NCBI GenBank assembly: GCA_964513145.1
Contig: CAZELK010000001.1
Coordinates: forward strand, 128,001-192,000
Direction of reading: 5' to 3'
From: Candidatus Woesearchaeota archaeon
GTDB lineage: Archaea; Nanobdellota; Nanobdellia; SCGC-AAA011-G17; JACPIM01
Length of the DNA stretch: 64,000 nt
In this document: positions 57,839 to 64,000 of the stretch, in pieces
How the letters are laid out: the number at the start of each line of letters is the position of its first letter
How positions within the stretch are numbered: the first letter of the stretch is position 1
Notes under the pieces: model-generated
What the model was told of the DNA's origin: nothing
The model's database searches: none
Seen by the model: only the letters and a program-made list of their open reading frames with translations
Translations under genes and position numbers: made by a program

Positions 57839-58963
57839 ATGAAAATAAAGAACATTAAAATAAATCAAATTTTAAATTCTAAAAATGAAAATACAGTTGA
57901 ATTAATAGTAAATGATAAGTTTAAAGCTTCTTCTGGCGGGGATGGCGATTTAAATAAAAATATAAGTGAAAATCCGGGAGAAGATATAAACTTCCTGAGT
58001 AAAATTTTGAATAAAGGCATGTATAATTTTGATATTTCAACATTTAAGGATATTCTAGAAATTGAAGAAATTCTATTGGGTTATGATAAATCTAATAAAC
58101 TTGCTAAATTAGGTGGCAATGTTCTGTTGTCTTTGGAATTCGCCCTTTTAAAATTAATAAATAATCAGCCATATAAAATTTTTAACAAGCACCCGGATAA
58201 ATTACCTTTGAATATGTGCAATTGTGCTGTTGTTAATTATGATGAAAAAAGGCAGATTAAGCAGGAAATAATCTTAATACCAAACACAACCAAGTTTTCC
58301 GAAGGTTTTTTTGCTAATACATATATCTATAGAAAGTTAGGGTCTTTATTCAAAACAAATGAAAAAAATGATGAAGGTAGTTTTATTATCAATTCTAAAA
58401 TAGAAGACTCATTTTTTCAGCTTGAAAAATTGACAAATGAAGTAACAAAAAAATTGGGAATAGACTTTTCTTTTGGTTTGAATTTGGATGCACAATCAAT
58501 AATTAAAAATAATATATATAAGTTAGGTAAAAATAATTTTACAATAAATGAACATCTATCTTATATTAATAAATTAATCAATAGATTTGATATAAGTTAT
58601 TTAGAAGACCCGTTAAACAGGGAAAATGTAAATTCCATAAGTAAATTAAAAACAGAATATCTGGCTGGAAATAAGATCTTTAATAATATGCAGAATTTAA
58701 AGAAATATGCAAGGCATTTTAATTGTGCTGTAATAAAAATAAATGAAATCGGAAGTCTGGGAAAATTAAAAAAAATAATCGATTTTTGTAAAAATAATGA
58801 TATAAGTACTGTTTTAAGCCAGGCAACAGGCGACACAAATGAAACAGTTATATCTGATATAGCAGTTGGTTTTGAATTTGATTTTATAAAATATTGTGCA
58901 TATGGAAAAGAAAGAATATCTAAATTAAACCGTATAAAATCAATAGAAACTGAATTCTCCTAA
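57839..58963 (+). CDS. degenerate enolase-like protein
   Basis: Enolase scaffold (N..ENTVE, QE, DEG, LDA, EDP, IKINEIG, ERISKLN) but SHRS replaced by SQAT. Confidence 0.8.
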   Translation: MKIKNIKINQILNSKNENTVELIVNDKFKASSGGDGDLNKNISENPGEDINFLSKILNKGMYNFDISTFKDILEIEEILLGYDKSNKLAKLGGNVLLSLEFALLKLINNQPYKIFNKHPDKLPLNMCNCAVVNYDEKRQIKQEIILIPNTTKFSEGFFANTYIYRKLGSLFKTNEKNDEGSFIINSKIEDSFFQLEKLTNEVTKKLGIDFSFGLNLDAQSIIKNNIYKLGKNNFTINEHLSYINKLINRFDISYLEDPLNRENVNSISKLKTEYLAGNKIFNNMQNLKKYARHFNCAVIKINEIGSLGKLKKIIDFCKNNDISTVLSQATGDTNETVISDIAVGFEFDFIKYCAYGKERISKLNRIKSIETEFS

Positions 58964-59057
58964 AATGTTACTATTGTATGTAGGTTATAAAACTATTTAT
59001 ATGCAAAATAGAGTATTAATTTATAAAATTTACCATAAAAATAGGAGGTGACATTTT

Positions 59058-59729
59058 GTGGCAAACTTACTTACTGAAACTACAGTAGCTATATTAAATC
59101 CTTTGCAACAATTATGGCTAGAAGCCGTCAGAGTTGTACCTAATTTAGTTGGTGCAATACTAGTTCTTGTTATCGGTGTTTTTGTTGCATCTATCTTAGG
59201 CCATGCTTTAAGAGTTTTGCTTGAGAAGACAAAGATGGATAATGCCCTAAGAAAGGCAAAATTAACAAAAGCAGTAGGACATACTAATGTTCCGGCTTTA
59301 CTAGGAGAACTTCTAAAATGGTTTGTTATTATAATCTTTTTAGAACAGTCTGTTTCTTTGGTAAACTTGGGAAGTTTATCTGCTTTGCTTAACGCTTTTG
59401 TCTTATGGTTACCGCAATTGCTAGTAGCTATAGTTGTATTTTTACTAGGCCTTGCAGGTTCGCATTTCGCAGAGTACAAAGTTCTTGAGCATACTAATTT
59501 AAAGGGCATGAGAATTTCTGCAAAAGTGTTGAAATGGGTAATCGTTTTAGTGGTTTCTTTAGTCTCGCTTAGACAAATAGGTGTTGATGTAGGAATTTTA
59601 GAGAATACATTTTTAGTAGTTGTAGCAGCATTAGGCGCAGGAGTCGCTTTAGCACTAGGTATTGGTTTAGGTCTAGGATTAAAGAAAGAAGCAGAAAATG
59701 TCATTAGAGATGTAAAGAAAAATCTCTAA
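59058..59729 (+). CDS. conserved TM-helix repeat protein (CmpX/MscS-associated type)
   Basis: PNLVGAILVL..G, LPQLLVAI, LRQIGVDVGIL; GTG start after a GGAGGTGA RBS. Confidence 0.75.
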   Translation: MANLLTETTVAILNPLQQLWLEAVRVVPNLVGAILVLVIGVFVASILGHALRVLLEKTKMDNALRKAKLTKAVGHTNVPALLGELLKWFVIIIFLEQSVSLVNLGSLSALLNAFVLWLPQLLVAIVVFLLGLAGSHFAEYKVLEHTNLKGMRISAKVLKWVIVLVVSLVSLRQIGVDVGILENTFLVVVAALGAGVALALGIGLGLGLKKEAENVIRDVKKNL

Positions 59730-59759
59730 TTTATTTTTTCTTTTTAATTTATTTTTAAA

Positions 59760-60317
59760 ATGCGAATATTGGGTAAAACAATACTAGATAAAGATTTAAT
59801 TGAAATTTATTTTTCTCAAATACTTTCTATTACTGGCGGAATAATTGCTGGAGTTTTCTTATTAAATTTAATTAATTTAGAAATTTTGGCTGGTCTGTTC
59901 ATACTATTCCCCGGCTTATTAGAACTGCATGGAAATATATACGGAAGTTTAAGTGCCAGATTAGGCAACCTGTTATTAATGGGGAAATTAAAAGATAGCA
60001 AAGAAAAAAGAGATTTTATAATACAAAATATTTTTGCAGTTTTATTTTTGATTATATTTGTTAGTTTTATTCTTGGTTTAATTGCCTACTTATTTATTTA
60101 TTTAATATTTGGAATAAATAATCAAATAATAATTTTAGTTTCCATGATAAGTTCTATAATTGGTAGTTTTTTCGAAATACCAGTCACATTTTATGTTACT
60201 TTCTGGGTATACAGGCATAGATTAGACCCTGAAGATGTAATGGGACCATATATAACAACAATGAGCGATATAATAAGTATAATATCTTTGGTTTTAATAG
60301 TAAAAATCTTGACATGA
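59760..60317 (+). CDS. MgtE/SLC41 integral membrane half-domain
   Basis: PGLLELHGNIYGSLSARL, LDPEDVMGPYITTMSD. Confidence 0.85.
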   Translation: MRILGKTILDKDLIEIYFSQILSITGGIIAGVFLLNLINLEILAGLFILFPGLLELHGNIYGSLSARLGNLLLMGKLKDSKEKRDFIIQNIFAVLFLIIFVSFILGLIAYLFIYLIFGINNQIIILVSMISSIIGSFFEIPVTFYVTFWVYRHRLDPEDVMGPYITTMSDIISIISLVLIVKILT

Positions 60318-60868
60318 AAGCAAATAAAATAATAAAAGAAAGTTTAAGAGTTTTAATATTGGGTTCTCTTTTAAGTTCAATTGGCGGCTTTAGTTTGGAA
60401 TTGATTAAACAAAAATTAACAATTGCCTTGCCATTGATAATAATTTTGCCTTCATTTGCTAGTATGGTTGGAAGCGCAGGCATAATTTCAGTATCAAAAA
60501 TTACAACACTATTTTATGAAAAGAAAATTAGCTTAAATAATTTATTTTCAAAAAGAATTTTGCACCTTTTCAGTATTTTATTGACTATCTTTTCTTTTAG
60601 TGCTGTTTATGTTGTTTTCCTGTCTTTACTGATTGCCTACTTAAAAGGTTTTAACATGAATTTAAATTTCATTTCTAAAATGCTTGTAATAGTTATTAGT
60701 ACAACAATAATAATTATATCAATAGTCTTTTTGATATCTATATTTGGATCAAGATATGCTATTAAAAGAAACATTGATCCTGATGATTTTTTAATACCAA
60801 TTACCACATCAATAGCTGATCTTGGAAGTCTTATTGTATTTTCATTATTAGTTTTATTTTTTTTATGA
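60314..60868 (+). CDS. MgtE/SLC41 integral membrane half-domain
   Basis: PSFASMVGSAG, IDPDDFLIPITTSIADLG. Confidence 0.85.
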   Translation: MKANKIIKESLRVLILGSLLSSIGGFSLELIKQKLTIALPLIIILPSFASMVGSAGIISVSKITTLFYEKKISLNNLFSKRILHLFSILLTIFSFSAVYVVFLSLLIAYLKGFNMNLNFISKMLVIVISTTIIIISIVFLISIFGSRYAIKRNIDPDDFLIPITTSIADLGSLIVFSLLVLFFL

Positions 60869-61083
60869 CTTTTAATTAAAATGAGCAGAGAAATTTGAAT
60901 GAATTAACTCCGCATGAAGTTTATTTTGGTTTCAAAAAGCATAAGAAATATTACATTTATGAGAGTTTAAATAGAATAATATAATGAGAGTTTAAAGTAA
61001 GGTGGGTGGTGCAATATCTATTGACCCTACACATAAATTCGTAATTAGTTAGATTTAAATACAGCTGATTATGTGAAAGTTTC

Positions 61084-61683
61084 ATGGCTGAACAACAACT
61101 TTTAGTACCACTAGATACATATCTTAAGGTAGGAGTGCATATAGGTACTAAATTCAGAACCAAATACATGGAGCAGTTTATTTATAGGATTAGACCAGAT
61201 GGTCTGGCTGTCTTAAATGTACAAAAAATAGATGAAAGAATGAACCTTGCAATCAAATTCTTATGTAAATATAATAAAGAAGATATTTTAATTGTTGGGA
61301 GAAGGGAAAACGGCTTGGATGCAGTTAAATTATTCTCCAAATTAACAGGCATAAGATGTTTTGCAGGCAGATACCCTCCGGGAATTTTAACAAATCCAAA
61401 TTTGGAAGAATTTATTGAAGCCAAGGTTTTACTAGTCACAGATCCATGGCCAGATAGAAATGCTGTATTTGATGCTATAAAAATAGGAATTCCTGTAATT
61501 GCATTATGTGATACTAATAACGAATCTAACTTTGTTGATTTAGTAGTTCCTTGCAATAATAAAGGTAAAAAGAGCTTGGGCTTATTCTTTTGGGTATTTG
61601 CAAAAGAATTTCTAAAGGCAAAGGGCTTAATAAAAAGTGAAGAAGAAATTCCAGCTAAATTAGATCAGTTTATAGAAGAGTGA
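61084..61683 (+). CDS. rps2: 30S ribosomal protein S2
   Basis: YLKVGVHIGT, GRYPPGILTNP, DTNN, PCNNKG. Confidence 0.97.
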   Translation: MAEQQLLVPLDTYLKVGVHIGTKFRTKYMEQFIYRIRPDGLAVLNVQKIDERMNLAIKFLCKYNKEDILIVGRRENGLDAVKLFSKLTGIRCFAGRYPPGILTNPNLEEFIEAKVLLVTDPWPDRNAVFDAIKIGIPVIALCDTNNESNFVDLVVPCNNKGKKSLGLFFWVFAKEFLKAKGLIKSEEEIPAKLDQFIEE

Positions 61684-62335
61684 AGCTCCCAGTCACAACC
61701 ACGTTTTGATTAAACTTTTTTTTAAAGGTTTATTTTTGATTAAACTTTTTCCAAAAAAGTTTACTGTGTGGCATCCTTTTAAGATAAAGTTTTTCAGTTA
61801 ACGCTTTTCTCAAAAGGGTTAAGGGGTTCTTGGTTCATTGAGTCTGAATAAGTCTTGTTTTTTCCCGAGGCTTTTTCATAAAAAGGCTCTCCCAAAGCGT
61901 TACTTTCTGTCCTTCCGACAGTAGCTTTTTTTAATATATTTAAAGCGGAATTATAATCCCTGTCAATATTTAATCCACAATCACAATTATGTTCTCTATC
62001 AAACAATTCTTTTTTAACTATTTTATTGCAATTACTGCATTCCTGGGTTGTTCCTCTTGGATCTCTTTTATTACTTTAATACCAGCACTTTCAGCCTTGT
62101 ACTGAAGCATTTGTATAAATTTAGACCATGAAGCATCTGAAATTGATCTTGATAAATATTTATTTTGAATCATATTTTGAATTTGTAAATTCTCTACAGC
62201 AATTAAATTGTAATTATTTATATAATATCTGCTTAAATTATGCAAAAAATCATTTCTTTGGTTTTCTATTTTCTCATATAATCTGGCAACTTTTAATCTT
62301 TGCTTGTTTTTATTATTGCTTCCTTTATGTTTTTT
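61680..62335 (-). mobile_element. IS200/IS605-family remnant: 3' half of tnpB plus right end
   Basis: Right end ...GGGAGCTTCAC on the minus strand; tnpB fragments upstream. Confidence 0.8.
61794..62335 (-). pseudogene. tnpB: 5'-truncated, frameshifted TnpB
   Basis: KGSNNKNKQRLKVARLYEKIENQRNDFLHNLS, IAVENL (RuvC II), SDASWSKFIQMLQYKAESAG, frameshift near 62062-62066, TTQECSNC...CDCG..DRDYNSALNI. Confidence 0.88.
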
Positions 62336-62517
62336 AATAATTCTTCTTCAGTCAATAATTTTCTAAGCAGAATTTCTAAATCAGAAAAATTATCTAGAAA
62401 TCCACTTAAAAAATCAGGGCTACCCATCAAATTTAATTAATTTTAATAATATATAAAATTATCATTAGTTACTGCAGTATCAAAAAAATATTAAACATAG
62501 TATTAATTGGATAAAAG

Positions 62518-62853
62518 ATGAATGAAGACTCTTATTCAACAAGACCTATTAAAGAAATTGATATTTTAAGTTTTAAAGATTTAAAATCAAATAAAGAAAT
62601 AAGAGTATCTCCACATGCTTTTGATATGTTAAGCGAAAGGCAAAGAAAGGTATTTAAAGAAGAAGAATTATTATATATGGTAGTTAGAGAAACTCCAAGA
62701 AAGATATATTTACAGGAAAATGGCAGATATTGTGCTTTTTACAGAAAAACAGATGGATATAGGAAATTAATCTTGGAATTTGAAGAAAATATATTAAGCA
62801 TTGTAACATTTGTGGATTCATTAGAAATCCCAAATTTTAAACTTGAAAAATGA
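62518..62853 (+). CDS. DUF4258-like (RelE-fold) putative toxin
   Basis: SPHAFDMLSERQ...IVTF; 4-bp overlap with the DUF2283-like gene. Confidence 0.6.
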   Translation: MNEDSYSTRPIKEIDILSFKDLKSNKEIRVSPHAFDMLSERQRKVFKEEELLYMVVRETPRKIYLQENGRYCAFYRKTDGYRKLILEFEENILSIVTFVDSLEIPNFKLEK

Positions 62854-63257
62854 AAGAAAAACAATTGAATGGAAAAGGAGAATTTTTATATGATTTTAAG
62901 CATGATATTTTGACATTTAAAATCAAAGACAGAGATTATAAACAATCAATAGAATTACAAAACTTTTGTTTAGACATAGATACAGAAAACTTTGTAACTG
63001 GAGTAAGAATATTTGATGTTTCCAAGGTATCTGGATTGAAAAAATTAATTTTTAGGAATTTAACTCATGGTGAGTTTAAATCATCTGTTAAAGACAACAT
63101 AATAACAGTAAGACTTAATTTTATTGGCAAGATAAGAAACAAGTTAATACCTATATTCAGTAAAGAAGAAAACTTTACACAACAGATTGTAACACCAATA
63201 GAGTCTAAAAGAAAAATTGAAGATTCAACAGCTATAGTTCAAGAAATTATAACTTAA
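62850..63257 (+). CDS. DUF2283-like putative antitoxin
   Basis: YDFKHDILTFK...SIEL....LDIDTENFVTGVRIFDVSK. Confidence 0.7.
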   Translation: MKEKQLNGKGEFLYDFKHDILTFKIKDRDYKQSIELQNFCLDIDTENFVTGVRIFDVSKVSGLKKLIFRNLTHGEFKSSVKDNIITVRLNFIGKIRNKLIPIFSKEENFTQQIVTPIESKRKIEDSTAIVQEIIT

Positions 63258-63474
63258 TGGAACTTATAAGAATAGTTCTCAAACCTACGCAACTAGCACA
63301 TGGTAGTGTGCCGGCGTGTCCAGTGCTTTTTGTCCAGTTGTATTTATAAATAGGAGCTGTTTTGTTTTTTAAGTAAATGCTTAATCATTGCAAGCAACGG
63401 AGTATTAAAGGATAATAAAATTTATATACTATTTATTTCAGATAACATTCTAGTATTTTGAAACGGTAGTTACA

Positions 63475-64000
63475 ATGGGGGAACTGATTAATTTATTGAT
63501 TTTATTTCAGAAGTATTTAGTTGTTATATTAGTTATATGTATGGCTTTTATCTGGTACAGCCTAAAATCAAACAAAAAGCTTTATTCTGTAAATTTTTTC
63601 CTTGTAAGCTTGGTTTTCGCAACTAGTTTGCCATTTATTATTGATGTAATTCATTTTATTCCGGAATCATTTAAACTACCATTGGAGGCTGTTTTATTTT
63701 TTATCTCTTCTGTTTCATTATTTTTTGTAGTCTTGATCAATTATAAGGAAAGAACTAAAGAAAGATTTGATTATTTAAGGGAAATAATTGATAAAAAGAA
63801 AGACAACCCATTAAAATTGGAATTTGTTCGCGAACTTATTAATCCGGAATTAAGGGCAATTAAATCAGAGCATAAAAATTTAGAAAAGAAAGCAAAGCAA
63901 ATTGAAAATAGCTATAAAAAATTAGAAGAAATAAAAAATTATCTTGCAGAGCAAAAAGAAGGGCTTTCTATGCAGAAAATTGATTTAGATAATAAAGTCA
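63475..64000 (+). CDS. membrane protein with coiled-coil tail (partial, runs off the window end)
   Basis: Manual translation MGELINLLILFQKY... three TM segments then LEKKAKQIENSYKKLEEI; no stop before 64000. Confidence 0.6.
   Translation, partial: MGELINLLILFQKYLVVILVICMAFIWYSLKSNKKLYSVNFFLVSLVFATSLPFIIDVIHFIPESFKLPLEAVLFFISSVSLFFVVLINYKERTKERFDYLREIIDKKKDNPLKLEFVRELINPELRAIKSEHKNLEKKAKQIENSYKKLEEIKNYLAEQKEGLSMQKIDLDNKV

Noticed and set aside
1375-61556. Many shorter ORFs antisense to or inside well-supported genes (e.g. 1375-1779, 5937-6290, 8998-9420, 41361-41666, 43347-43838, 55575-56033, 59030-59704, 61182-61556)
   Set aside because: Mirror-frame products of real genes; hydrophobic or Ser-rich composition typical of shadows
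61794-62335. Functional TnpB or Cas12-like effector
   Set aside because: The N-terminal half including RuvC-I is missing and there is a frameshift near 62064
62340-62432. Short minus-strand ORF MGSPDFLSGFLDNF... running into the tnpB remnant
   Set aside because: Too short, no homology recognised, and it reads out of frame into the remnant
63307-63317. GTGCCGGCGT resembling the 3' end of tRNA-Ser(CGA), a possible att site
   Set aside because: Only about 10 bp, opposite orientation to the tRNA and 36 kb away; could be chance
1-64000. CRISPR array, cas genes, rRNA genes, integrase
   Set aside because: No regularly spaced repeat-spacer pattern, no rRNA-like GC-rich block and no tyrosine or serine recombinase motif were seen

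Overview
Strongly AT-rich archaeal chromosome segment. Gene content and sequence style suggest a DPANN/Nanobdellota lineage (Woesearchaeota/Pacearchaeota-like); this assignment is inference. Core genes include dnaG, ndk, rpl24e-rps28e-rpl7ae, secDF, dph5, dph6, elp3, trmI, deoxyhypusine synthase, the rnp3...rnp2-psmA-SBDS-rrp4-rrp41-rrp42 RNase P/proteasome/exosome cluster, rpoK and rps2. There are six tRNA genes; four carry 8 introns in total, 5 of them at non-canonical positions. Notable items: (1) an overlapping gene pair that looks like eukaryotic OGFOD1/Tpa1 (uS12 prolyl hydroxylase) split into its catalytic and degenerate domains; (2) a three-intron tRNA-Ser(GCU); (3) a two-intron tRNA-Ile with the rare UAU anticodon; (4) a 544-aa intein in the Walker A motif of a PINA-type ATPase; (5) two integrase-less toxin-antitoxin islets bounded by tRNA 3'-end direct repeats; (6) a degenerate enolase; (7) a PyrE-PyrF fusion; (8) a decayed TnpB element whose right end overlaps the rps2 stop codon; (9) several candidate structured RNAs. 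No rRNA, CRISPR array or integrase was seen. All family assignments come from motif recognition by eye; no database search was run.
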